The notes beneath the pieces are model-generated. The model ran no database searches and was not told where the DNA came from. It saw nothing but the letters and a program-made list of their open reading frames with translations. The translations under genes and the position numbers were made by a program. Positions 31,101 through 43,300 of a DNA stretch of 64,000 nucleotides are shown piece by piece. The DNA comes from a virus (Duplodnaviria > Caudoviricetes). The number at the start of each line of letters is the position of its first letter. The first letter of the stretch is position 1. The stretch covers positions 1,124 to 65,123 of IMG/VR virus record IMGVR_UViG_3300033064_003431; one strand, written 5' to 3'.

Positions 31101-31276
31101 TTTTCCCACTCAAAAGGATCACCACTATTTAAAAGCTCATATGTGAAAGAGTTGTTGGCGCCAATAGATGATAAAACAGTATTATAGGTAGATACTGCTC
31201 CATTGAGGATCATGCTACCATTACCCGTGGTACTTGTTGTTTCTTTCACTCTGTTAGCAAAATATTTGATCGACAT
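28115..31276 (-). CDS. tail fibre/spike with YadA-head-like repeats and C-terminal intramolecular chaperone (peptidase S74)
   Basis: N-terminal ANRVKETTSTTGNG, G-x-x-N beta-roll repeats (AIGNNN, ALGYGN, AVGQSN), and C-terminal SSRRFKDRI...LKPVYY...GFIAEDI...LVNSIKEL. Confidence 0.88.
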   Translation of the reverse strand: MSIKYFANRVKETTSTTGNGSMILNGAVSTYNTVLSSIGANNSFTYELLNSGDPFEWENGVGHITNSGGITTFVRDRVIKSSNSNAKVIFSAGTKTLTTAITEDIINNGFLNVEHTGVSFSPPYMPATYILDATAANITVSLPTVDGQIDPIIMGFLLNDTTNDDQNQTDAVVLDPSGAQTISGQSTYSLSIRNDYVQIVSVPSATGWLVLDSIQDSMNAYGNDGLIQFSNSGAFSGVNGLKWDLSSSSLLVGGTGILASADIILPTGTQTVVFNEQSKDKDFRIEGSGISHLLFVDAGLGNIGINTSSPLDKLHIVHTGTVGNTGVTIHSSGLGPTVVLSNTALSGSLTNDRLGSVFFNASGLSYAKLYASADSQLTGIEQASAYIEIINNGISQTALSLRPTSTTIGINNTNTSGVIVGKDCANSGNNVLLGNTNTSTGVTNSTMIGNNHTIHSGSLSCGVVGQGHTVGGTGIFIIGGTGIALSGAIYKDNTYLVADADHYISISTTGVVSLSSKLNANTKLSILNKTPTPTSGIAQSVSLEFLNTSGVIKTGLALTSNIHQTTAGNEYSKFSANIMVGGVVKPVIQIQDNQVLIGDAGLSGINVGYGLNNSSAGGTGTIIYGQNIVSSGNTNVLIGRDIICSGTNSTIFGRANECLPSGDLGVVILGNSNSASEAFGVAIGNNNHNSGLYSVSCGSYNGAYNDYSVALGYGNTVQGTVAGGSVAVGQSNTVTTSGVDAIGFAVGLGNNIVVSGTGVAIGYQNSVKGKGGVVIGRSCAATGIDNFIVGFNCSTTTGNNNFLMGKNLNWAGSDTYLTSHTNIQFLATADIFASGANIDLHKNNTDMISLITTGINILHTGSVYISGGLGANISSTGVVAMYGNTISMTGSSLVGLSTNNLHSINISTSGINVLSSGLGHPISVSGNLLTINCQSGIQYLNRPIGVGSSLVVDTSNILRETSSSRRFKDRITDYDKGISDLVQLKPVYYNFLNQDKQLAGFIAEDIADQGLEEFVIRDENNMVKDINYMGMISLLVNSIKELHQEILLLKNRT

Positions 31277-31303
31277 TTTATCTCTCCATATTAAAATTAT
31301 TTA

Positions 31304-34300
31304 TTAGTCTGTCACTATTGTTTTATCAAATGTTATACCTGATAATGGAAAAGCGTTCTTCAATCCTACTTCTATCGCTTGGAATATTTGTTCAGAGAAA
31401 GGTTTCAGCTTTGCTTCTAATCCATCTCCTCCATTTACATCTACTGTTATATTTATCGGAATACTTCCTGACACCTTAAAATCTATGCTTTTTGGTATAT
31501 CGGCTAAGACCGTAGCAATATTCGTCAACGAGGTACTGAGTGATCCCATATTAGTTTGTAGGAGGGTTGCTGCTGTTGTTAAGCCTGCTGTGACCCCACC
31601 TAGTCCGCTAAAAGAATCTTTAATGTTGCCTAATGATCCCAAAGCACTCGTAATAGAGGTGGCCCCATCTTTGAATGCCAGTTTAATGTCACTAAGAAAT
31701 GTTTGTGTACTCGCAGAAAAATCTCCAATATCTAACTTAACACTATTGTATACACCACTAGGGCCATCAGGACCACCACCATCGTGTAAATACTTTACCG
31801 CTCCTCCCCGGTTATAATAAGATCCCCTATTATTAATAGCTCTTAATAATGGTAGATTTTTAGCTGTTGAAGCCCTATTGACCACAAATTCCCCCGGGGT
31901 GAGCATCGCGGGTACCGTATCAGTTCCCCTAGGCTGGAAATTAATATGACTACCCTGACTAGCGTAAACGGTTCCTCCTGATGACATTTGTGTAGGTCCA
32001 AATCTGGTTGTATCAGTCTTGGCCTGGGCTAATCTACCAGTAATTTCATCTTCATCAACCTCAGCTCCCATGTCCCTAAGGTCTTTCTTTTGAGTGTTGA
32101 TCGTGTTAATAATGTTAGTATGAGCTATAGAGCCAACCTCAAGTGTCATTCTTTGAGCCATTAGCTTCTCTAGATTTATTCTCATGTTTTGTCTGAGCTT
32201 GATGTCTCTCTTGATTTGTACCAGCTGATCATCGAGCTTCTTTTGTCTTTTTGCATTCTCTCCCCACAGAGTCCATACCTGGTAGCCAACCTTAGTAGTC
32301 TCGCTTGCTGCCCCTACTGCCGCACCAGCTATTGCTCCTGGAGGACCGGCAATAATTGCTCCAACCATAGCTCCACGAGCAGTTGCTTCGTAATGAGCCA
32401 GTTGCTCATCTTCGTTTTCTGTTAGTGGTCTTCCTCTCACAAAACTTACTGCTGCGCCAGTGTCAGCTCCTCCAGAACTAGCACTCCCACTTGCGAGCCC
32501 CAAGAAAGTTCTGGTCACGGGATCCATGCCCTGAGCTTGGGCTTTTGAGTCATTATATCCATCATAAGCCCCTTGAAGCAGTGTGAGCCAAGCTCCTCCC
32601 TTACTCGCTAGACCCCCTATGAATTGAGCTCCAACCGCATTTCCTGCTATTGCTTTACCAGCAGCAATAGTCGCACCTAGACTAGTTGTTATCTCTGCCG
32701 CCCGCAGTCCTCCCTTAATCGCTGCTGTTTCTCCTGTCTCTTGTGAGTCTGATTCAATCGCGGCACCAGCTAGTTTGTATACTAACCCCGCCGCAGCATT
32801 AAATAAAGTAAGTTGTGGTATTCTGGTTTCTAGCATGCTCAATAAAGACGAGGGCAACAGGCTAGGTAATTGTAAAAGAGCTTTTGCTCCGGACTCGCCC
32901 AAATTAAGTGCAGCCATCAAAGATTGCAGGATATCGTCAGCTTTCAAAGCCTTATTTGCATTTTTACCAATTTTAGTCACAGCGTTAAATTGTTTTAAAA
33001 TACCCTCCCCACCCCCCTTCAAATAGGCCACTCCCCCATTCTCGTACCCCCGGGCCCCACCATTGATACTCTTTAACAAGGGGAGATTTTTCTGGGTGGC
33101 CTCTCGATTAACAACAAATTCCCCCGCAGTAAGCATCGCGGGCACCGTATCCGTGCCTTTGGGTGCGAAATTCACCCCATCAGAACTACTCCCACCACGA
33201 CTTCTATAAATGGGTCCACCATTCTGAGCATATTGTGGATCATATTGTGGCCACCCATATTGACTTCGTCGTGCTTCTATATTAGCATCATCTTGTTTTT
33301 TTCTCCGCTCTTTTCCATTAGGACTAGAATTAATATAAGCCTGACCATTAGCTCTTAACATAGCATCATAGTTGTATTCTCCCAAGGTTCTTCTGTATAG
33401 GACATAAGAAGATTCAAACTGAGAGCCTGAGCCCTTGTATGCTCTTAGTTGGTCATTGCCAATGTCTCCTTGGAGATCCTTGGGTCTTTTTTTACGATCT
33501 TGAGGTCTAACAGGTGGGGGTGGTCTTAAGGTCGTTTCTTTCTCCTGTGGACTTAATTGACTCTCTATGGGTGCTGCTACAATATTTTCACTACCATCCA
33601 CAAGGGGTCTACGCTGAAAGGGTATTTTCTCTTTTGCTAGAGCTCGGGTTTGTCTGATCTTCCATTCCATTTGTAGAGCTTGAGAGGTTAGTATTGCGGC
33701 TATTATAGGGTCTATTTCGGCTTTATGATTTGGGTCTTCAGCCATTTGAAGAAGTGGCAAATTTAATTGTGCTAAGGGAAAATCTATCATTTCTTGCAGA
33801 GAATCTCCGTTCATCTCGCTTAATGTCATTAGTCTTTGTGGTTTTAGACTATCTAATATAGTTCTCGTCTTTGCATTTGATCCTACTAGAGATGGTATAA
33901 AAGCATCTACGCCAGCTTTTAATTCATCTGTAAATGTGGGAGGACTAGTCGGATCTATGTCTCCCAAAAGTTTCATAACATTATCTAGACCATCTTCTTT
34001 AAACTTTATCATCTCCTGTACATAAGCTTGGAAGCCCGCTGGGTCACCGAGCATGCCAATTCCCGGCAAAGGTTTACCCTTCTCGTCCACACCGGCCGAA
34101 GCAGCTGCTCCACCCGTGACCCTAGTATCTATTCCTGTGACTCTTGTTGTGGGATTATATCTCAAATCGTTTAGCAGATCCAGTAGTGTTGGATCAAGAT
34201 CTGGATTGTTTCCGATGATCTTTTTATAATCTGCATCAACATCCCAGCCGCCCAAGCTCTCTCTACTCATCGGAAAGTAGACGTACTGTCCAAAACTGAG

Positions 34301-37300
34301 ATCATCTCCTTGTCCATTTTGTTGTCGGAATCGGTCTACAACTAGTTTATACCTTTCATAGTACTTTGCTTTTAACTCAGCTACAAATACTTCAGCCCTT
34401 GCGATAATAGCCCCATCTACCTGTTCTACATCATCATCTGGATCATCCTCCTTGCCCGTATAACCTGTCCGCATCTTTTCTTTCAATTTAGGGTCGTTCA
34501 CCTGATCTCCCCCAACATACTTAGCTCCTGTTTTAAACAAGTTTCTATCTGGAGCAAAGGGCCTTTGACGATACTTTAATCCTTTGTATATAGCTTCTTT
34601 GTAGGTGAGTTCATCATAGTATGGTATGGGGGGTGGGGCTGCTACCACTGGGGCGGGTGCTGCCACTGGCGCGGGTGCTGCCATTACCCCTGCTGCTGGC
34701 GCCACTGCTACCCCTGCTGCTGGCGCCACTGCTGCCACTGGCGCTGCTGCGGGTGCTGGCCCTGCTGCGGGTGGTACTGCTGCCCCTACTTTTGCCGCAT
34801 CGTCCCGTGCAGCCATATTCTCATAACCTTTAAGATCATCTATTGATGAGATAAGATTGGGTATATTTACCTGCCCACCCCTTATTTGAGCTATCCACTC
34901 CCTGTTAGTTAACCCCTTTCTTCCTCCATAAAGACGGTCTCCTCCGAGAGTCGGAGAGACAATCTTTTGCACACCCAACTTTTCAAACTCTCTTGGTTGG
35001 AGTGAATCTATTGCCTGGCTTATATTCTGTTTTAAGCTTGCCCACTCAACATCATCATATTGTCCAGAGGTATTCCACCCTTGCATTTTCTGCTCAAAAG
35101 CATCGCTGGTTGTTTTTTCCCAGAGAGTATGTAGGTAGCTTTCACGAGGATTATCGTTGATCGGCCAATCTTCAGGAACTAACCAATTTTCCGCCTTAGA
35201 TCCTCCTATGCGCATCGGCTCCCCACGGGACATCCAGCCAGCCGACGGGGGGGTCCAGCTAACCGTCGGGGGGGCTGCTACCTCTGGCTCGGACTTCGGA
35301 TTCAAAGCTCCTAGTCCTGTGAACATCTGCTGCATCGAGGTCCCAAGCCCTGCCGGTGTTGCTACAGATGTCATATTTGGTGGTAGAGCTGTTCCTGCGG
35401 GAGCTGTTACTGCTGGAGTTGTTACTATTGGGGTGGGTTTCGGGTTCTTAATTTTCCAATCAGTATATTCCTCTTTCGTCTGAAAACCCCCATAGTTGTC
35501 TGTTGAGAACCAAAGATTTTTTAACGGGCTTATACCAGCTTCAACAGCTGCCCCCTCAAACCTTTTTTTCCTCATGGCGATCGCCGGGTTTTGACCAAAC
35601 ACTGGAGGAATGAGTAGTCTTAGTGTTCTCCACTGCGAATCATCATAATTACCAGGAGATGATGATCCGGGAGATCTTAAAGATGGTCCGAAAGATCCCG
35701 ATCTTATTCCCACAAGATCCTGCTTTTCGAATGCTGTTGTGGTATCCTTATCCCATATATCACTATCTTTCCAAACGGAGGTATTTAACCACTGCTCTGC
35801 TGTCTCACCTCCTATTTTCAAATAAGCTACCCCACCCTTCTGATACCCCTTGGTCCCAGCTCCACTATTGATACTCTTTAGCAAGGGGAGATTTTTCTGG
35901 GTGGCCGCTCGATTGACCACAAACTCGCCCGGAGTAAGCATCGCGGGCACCGTATCAGTACCCTTGGGCTGGAAATTAATGTGACTGCCCTTGCTAAGAT
36001 ATTTTACAGCCTTCTTCGGATCCGATAATCTTTTGCGAGTTGCATCTAAGTGTCCAAACACATCGGGGATTATCTCCTCTGTGCTAGATGAGCCTTCATA
36101 ACCAGTAACGCCCTTTCCGGAATCTAGCAGACCCCCAGAAATGTCTGGCACCAGGCTAATCACAACATTTTTATACCCCATACCCATTGCGTGACTTATG
36201 ATCTTGACAAAGTCCGATATGTTATTATCAGCATTCTGTCTTGTCATGGGCTGACTAGGAAAAAGTCGTTGGATCGTGGGAATCTTTGGTTTCAACTCTC
36301 TACCGCTTTTCATCAAGTAACTATTGAGGTTTATAGACTGGTTATCGGCCTCAATCATACTCTTTGAGAATGGCCTCTGAATATCATTAAGTATACGAAT
36401 ATCATCATCTGATAAAAAAGCATCATATCCTGATGCAGACTCTTTTGGTTGTTTGGCAGCTTCTTTTCGAGCTTTGTCATTCTCCATATTCTGTGCACTA
36501 ATAGCTTTGTTCTCTTCTGTTGTTGTCTCATAAGAGTTGTCTAATTGTGCAAGTACCTTGTTCCTAGGAGACCTACTCTCCCTTTGCGTTGCTAATTGTT
36601 GTATTAAGCTTTCTGCCCCAGCCGTGTCCATCATATATGTGCGATCCAAATCTTCTGAGTCTGGCTCGATCTTGTGCCACTTAGACATCTTTGCCCTATA
36701 AATATAGCTGCTCAGAGCCTGGTTGTAGTCCATCACCTCTTTATCTTCCCTACCTGTATCAGTATAGAAACCATTATAGAGAGATAAAGCTGCGTTAATT
36801 ACGTCTTCCACAGACTGCTCCCGGTCGTCCATCTCGTACCCCCACCGTCCGAGAGGTGCAACGTCGCTTTTCAGTGGCCCATTCTTTAGTCCATACTCAA
36901 GAGGCTCAATAGAATTCACATCATGTTCTTTTTGGGAAACGAGCGTCGAGATTATATCTGGACTGCGAACATTTTGGTATTCCTTGTTTTTCGGAATGCC
37001 AGCAAAAGCATTGGGGTTAGCGTAGACATAACGACTGGGCGTTCTTTCTAAGCCAAATATTTCCTCGAGATAAAGATTTTTTGCATATATCTCTCGTTCT
37101 GCTATACCCAGTTGAATCTCTGGAGACCTCATACCTGACATATCTATTGGCTTATAAATATCCTCATATGTCTCTGGAATGATTGGTTTAGGCTTAGGTG
37201 TATATATTTCTCTCTCTTTTTTAGCAAGCTCCCTAGCGTCTTTCTCTATATCAGCGTCAGTCTCTTGTCTTTCGAGTTCGGCCAATTTACGACGAAACAG

Positions 37301-40300
37301 AGGTTCTGTCGAACCAGAGGGGTCGCTAGGTCCCAAGCGGACAGGGACAGTGCTCCCGACGGGTCGGGCAAGCAGTTGATTTCGTTTTCTTTCCCACTCT
37401 TTCCTTTCAGCAGGCGTAAGCCCTGAGCCTTGAGCACCCTCATAACCCAACCCTTGTTTAACAAGATTCGTTATATCTCCCCTGCTCTCTTTGTATACCT
37501 CTCCTTTACGACCTTGCTCTTGTAATTGACGCTGGCCATCCGATTTGGCATCGCTACTCTCGTTCAATACATTTGTCATTCCAGGGGTTTGTAATATCCC
37601 CTGTTTTCTAACTCCTATTAAACTTTGTAAGATATTTTGTCTATGAAGAACATCCTTAACCTCTGTAGTATTTACAGCTTGTTCTGTTATATCTGCGTCT
37701 CTTTGTGATCTAGTCTCAAAGAGAGCTCTCTGTGTTGGTGAGAGATTTGCTTGAGCAATTAGAGACATTTGCTCTATCATATTGCCCGGTATGTTAATTA
37801 TCCCCGGTGTTTTTTCCCATGTATTTATCTTAGCAAAGTCATCGGCTATTGTGGTAGCTTCACCCGGAGTCCTAATCCACTTAAGAAATCCATCAACATC
37901 TTTGGTCTTTTTATTACTATAAAGATCTCTGACAATTTGATCTGTTCGTACTTCGTTAGCAGACTGCTGTTCACGCAAACCCTTGTTCTCCAGAGTACCA
38001 TCTTTATATTCTCTCGGACTCTCTCTCTTATCTAAGGCTAATTGTTCTCTAGCTCGTTTTTCACTAGGTTGAGCTTGTTTTTTAACCCATCTTCTAACAG
38101 TATTAGTAATGGGTACCCGTAAATTCTCATTTGAACGACCGTTGCGTGTTGAACCCTCTTCTTGTCCGAATAGACTCCGTTCTTGAGTTTTATTCATATC
38201 TCGAATCTTAACTAATTCTAGAATATTGTCTATATCTGGGGTTAAGTTCTTAATAATATTAGTAGCATTGCCTTGTGCCTGTATTTTTCTCTTAGGATCT
38301 TTAAACCGGTACTGAGTATCTCCAAAGGCTTCTAAACCCAGATGAGAATCTATAGCAGCAAAAATCTGTGGGGTTTGAGATAACATTGTGGTAAAATCTA
38401 AGCCTTCCAAATTCTTGTTGTTTGTTTTGTCTCTATAATTAAATTCACCTATATATGGTCTTAAGAAGTGGGTCATCAGATCTTCGGAGCGCTTATAGGG
38501 CAGACTTGTCTCTCTCTGGTTTTTTATGATTGAATGAATATTACGAAACATCTGGGCAAATTTGACACTAAAGAAGGAGCCTAATCCGCCCCCATTAGCT
38601 AGTTCATTTAAATATTTCATATCCTGATTTTTGGGCTGACCGGTGATAGACGAGAGATCATTCCAAAGATTTGCTGCTATTCCCCACTTCATCTCCTGGG
38701 GAAATTCTTCACCCATAATATCTAAGGTTGTGTAATCTGGCCCCAGATCCCGCACAAAGCGTCCGGACTTATCAAATTCTTTGCGATTTTTCCGCTGAGG
38801 TACTCCTCCACTTTTCAAATAAACTACCCCACCATTCTCGTATCCTTGGGCCCCACCGTTGATACTCTTTAGCAAAGGAAGGTTTTTCTGGGTGGCCGCT
38901 CGATTGACCACAAATTCCCCCGGAGTAAGCATCGCTGGCACAGTATCAGTGCCTCTTGGTTGAAAATTAATTAGTGCTCCATTGCTAGCATAAACAACTC
39001 CACCTGAGCTATATTGTTCTGGCCCAAATATAGTTGACATAGACATATTTATAGCGCTATCCTTAGTCTTATCCTTACCATATTCTATTATTGTTTGTCT
39101 GGCTCTTTTTATAATTCCGGGAACGGCAGAAGAAGACGATGCGGCCACAACATTATCCATTTTAGTTATAATTGCAGTCATTGCTTCCCCTAGTTGTGAT
39201 CCAGCCGTAGCTCCTGATCGACTAAGGGTGGAGCTTGCCATATTTTTTGTTAATGTGGCGGTACCCGTTTTTATTAATTGCTCTATGGTTTTTCCTCCAA
39301 CCTTACCTACTCCCGCAGTCGCAACACTAGCTATTCCTCCTACAACATCACCAACCAGCGCCGATCTAGGATTTTCATTCATAGCTTTTTGAAAATCTTG
39401 AATAAGTGCTGTGTTTTCAAAAGAGTCATAAATAACAGAGTTTAGATATTCTCCTAGCTTCACTCCGGACATTCCTCCTCCAATCGCCCCAACAACTGTT
39501 CCGAAAGGAGGAACGGCTAAACTACCTATAGTTCCGCCGACTATGGACCCAACCGTGCCAAGAACAGCTGGTAACAGACTTTGAGCAAAGCCTCCTAATG
39601 TAGCCTGAAATTGTTCGAGCATATTTCCTTGATCTGGAGATTTCGACCAGCCTATCCAATCCGACAACCACGCAGTTACTTTATTAAAAGCCCCAGGTGA
39701 TTGTTGATCATTTTTGGTTCTTGCGTTTGGTAGTTTGGGAATTTTCATACCACCTTCAGCATAAACTATTCCTCCATTAGAAAATTCTTGTGTTCCTGAG
39801 TTTATGTTTTTTAATAGTGGCAAATTCTTTTGAGTAGCAGCACGATTTACTACAAACTCTCCCGGAGTAAGCATCGCGGGCACAGTATCCGTACCCTTGG
39901 GTTGAAAATTAATATAACTACCCTTACTAGCATATATCGGGCCCCCATTAGCATAGCCCATTCCAAAACTCCATTGTCTAGGAGGTGCTGCTGCCGCTGC
40001 TGCTGCTGCCTGTTTTTGAGCTTCTGCTGCTTGTGCTTGCGCTGCTGCTGCCCGCACCTGTTCTGCCGCTGCCTTTGATTGAGCCTCTGCTGCCGCAGCC
40101 ATTTTCTCTGCATCAGGAGGTGTGGTATTCTGTGCATCTCTTGCATCATCTCGTCCCTGTTTAGCCGCTTTGTCTGCTTGATTAACATCAGCTATAAGCT
40201 GTGCTGCCTCTTGTACTTTGTTATAAAAGTCTAGTCCAGCACTAACTACCCCAGCTTTAAATGCAATGCCAGCAGCATCGAATCGACCAGCAGTAATATC

Positions 40301-43300
40301 GTTGGCCTTGGCTTGGCGCTCTGTGGCCTCAATGAACTTGGCTGTAGCTTCTTCCATCCTAGTATCACCCTCATTATTATATCTAAAGATTTTTAGAATA
40401 GCTTCTGGGGTGATCTGCCCATTGGTTTCTTTGCTCAGACCTTCTGCGCCCCTTGTAGCAAATTCTAATCTACTCGCTTTAGCCTCTTCTGAAGTCATGC
40501 TCAGTTCTCTATATTTCTGACCCTCAACAGCATCCTTAAAATCTGATCTTGAAGCAGTTCCCCTCATGACTCTATCAAGACTATTCGCTTGATTAATAAC
40601 ATTATTCTGATACTCTGGATTATCTATATTAGTCATAAGCTCTAGCATTTTGTCTTGTGGACCTTTATAAGACATTTCTAGATCTTGTATTCTACTCAAA
40701 GCACTACTAGCTCTGGTAGTATCTGTGGCTAGTTTGCCTAGTGCCTTGGCTAAATTATCGCTTTCTTTTTTTAATCCAACAAACCTATCAGTAGCTTTAT
40801 CTCCAGCTCCACCTTTTCCAGGCTCTATGCCTGCTTTAGCATCTGCTGCTACAGCATCCCTCATCTGTGTTTGAGCCTTTGGTAGATCGTCGTCTAACCT
40901 GTCTAACCTTCTACCAATCTCTGCTGCGTCTGTGGTTGATCCACCACCTAATGTTGGAGTATTGGTTAATGAGGCTATAATATCATTAAGAGGTTTACTT
41001 TGTTGATCTAATGATACATTTTTACCCTGGGCTTTTGCTAAACTATTTGCCCCTTCTGTTCTAATGTTTTGAGCCGTATTCCTATATTCTTGAGCTTTAC
41101 CAAATGCACCTGAGGCTTTTATCGCTTCTCCTGTCATAGCTTCTAGAGCATCATTAAGGGCTCTTGCTTGTTCTTGTAATACCTTGAGACCAGCTGCGCT
41201 CTCAGTGGTGGCCGCTACCATCTCCGCCATCTTGTTTATGCCCGCTATGCTTGTGTCTGCTGCTCCACTACCTCTAGCTTGCTTAATGGTGTCCATTACA
41301 CTAGCAACTCTTTCAGACGCCTTTGTTGGATCTGATAGATTCGCCGCTTTAAAAGCCTCTGTTAGTTTTTGCTCAATCTCGTCATCAGGATCCGAGAGAC
41401 CAGGATTTGCTGCTGCATCAGCCATAATCTTCGGTAGTTGATGAACTAATATTTGGTTAGCCACAGCACTATCTGCTAAGGCATTTGATACCTCAGGAGG
41501 CATACCAGCTTGGTTGCCGGTCTGTGTGGCTGCTGCTCTCACTTCCGTTGCCGAGTATGCTCCAACATTGCCCAACACAGCTTCGTTGGTTCTATCTACT
41601 GTGAAAGTACCCTCCTCTCCAGCTTTAGTACCCACTCTATTTCTGGTCATAGCAATAGAAATACCCATTTCTTTCGAGGCTCTACTGATAGAATTTGACA
41701 GAGCAGTCATCTGTGCTACAAAACGATCTGTTTCGTTATTTAATTCTTTGAGTTTTCTGTTTGCATTCGTTGTAGCAAGTATCGCGGCATTTCTTTCTGC
41801 CTTCTCAACCCGTACTGACTCCACTACTCTCTCTGTGGTCTGTATTAGTTCATTTTCTGCGTCTGTTAGCGTGGATGTACCATTTGTAGTATCTTGTTGT
41901 TGTTTAGCCTGGGCTTTCTGATACTTCTCATCAGCCCCCTCTCCAAAGACCATGTTTGTTTCTTTAGCCATTCTTTCTGTTTTTTGTATATCCGTTTCAT
42001 CTATACGATTTGGTTGAGCTGTTTCAGCGGTGATATATGCCTCTTGATCAAGCCTACTTTTTGCATCCTTCTCTAACTTTCCTGCCCTATCCCTCTTTGG
42101 TTGGGTTGGATTCGCTGTATTATATTCAGCATCTTCTTTTCTAGCTTTTTCTAAAACTTTTTTAAGATTATCTTCTTCTTTAATGTCTATTTCATATTTA
42201 TTTTTACCTTCTTTTGTTAGCATACGACTTTGGGTTCTAATAGCTCCTTCTTCCAGAGGCATCCCTTGACCTGAATAATATATCTCTCTCGCTCTTCCCG
42301 TCAGCTTTTCACCAGCCTTCACGGTGCTTCTAATATCATTCGTATCTCCATATATCTCAGTGCGAATACCAGCCATTTTGGTTTCACGATCTAATAGTTG
42401 TGGAGAATTTCTTATGTTTTGTTGTTGTGTCTCACTTAGCGAAGAACTGCCCCTCCAACTAGAAACTGCTGCTAGGGTACCAGCGACACCTCCTAAGGCA
42501 AATTTGAGAGTGAGCAAACTCCCTACGCTGGCTAAGATTCTTGCTGTCCAAGAAGTAGTTGCCGCAGCAGCAGTAGTACTTGCGGCAGCAGAGGCTTCGG
42601 CAGCAACGGTTGTTGCTCCCGCACCAGCAGCAGCGGTTTCCGCAGCAACAGCGCCACCTCCCACAACGGCAGTTGGTATAGCGGCTACAGCAACAGCAAC
42701 AGAGCCAGCCACTACAGCCGTTACGGCAGCTACCCTAGAAACTGTTTGTAACGCCTTATCTACACCATCTTGTTTTTCTGTAACCACATCCCCCCACGTT
42801 GTGGGATTCCAAGTTTTGTTCAATTGTGAGAAAAACGTAGCAAACATTCCTATGTTAGAATTACCACCTTTATCAATGGCAGTAGTCATACCTTTCGCTG
42901 CATACACCACACCACCAGTTTTATATTTTCCAGAATTAATACTACTCAATAGTGAGGAGTGTTTACTAGAAGCCTGTTTATTAATAACAAACTCCCCCGG
43001 AGTAAGCATCGCGGGTACAGTGTCGGTGCCTTTTGGTGCGAAATTCACACCATCAGAACTACTACCACCCCGACTTCTATAAACAACACCACCAGAGCTT
43101 TGACCTGATGCTGATTTCATCGCTCCTAAGGCTGTTAATAGGGCAATTACAAATGATCCCGCAGCATCAGCAGCATTTTTAAATTGAGTGCTCAAAAGAA
43201 GGGTACTATTTTCCAGAGGTGTTCCGATCTCACTAGCCATTGCCCCCAAATTGTCACGCATCTTATTCATCACATCATTAACGCTCTCTCCTGGAGCTAG

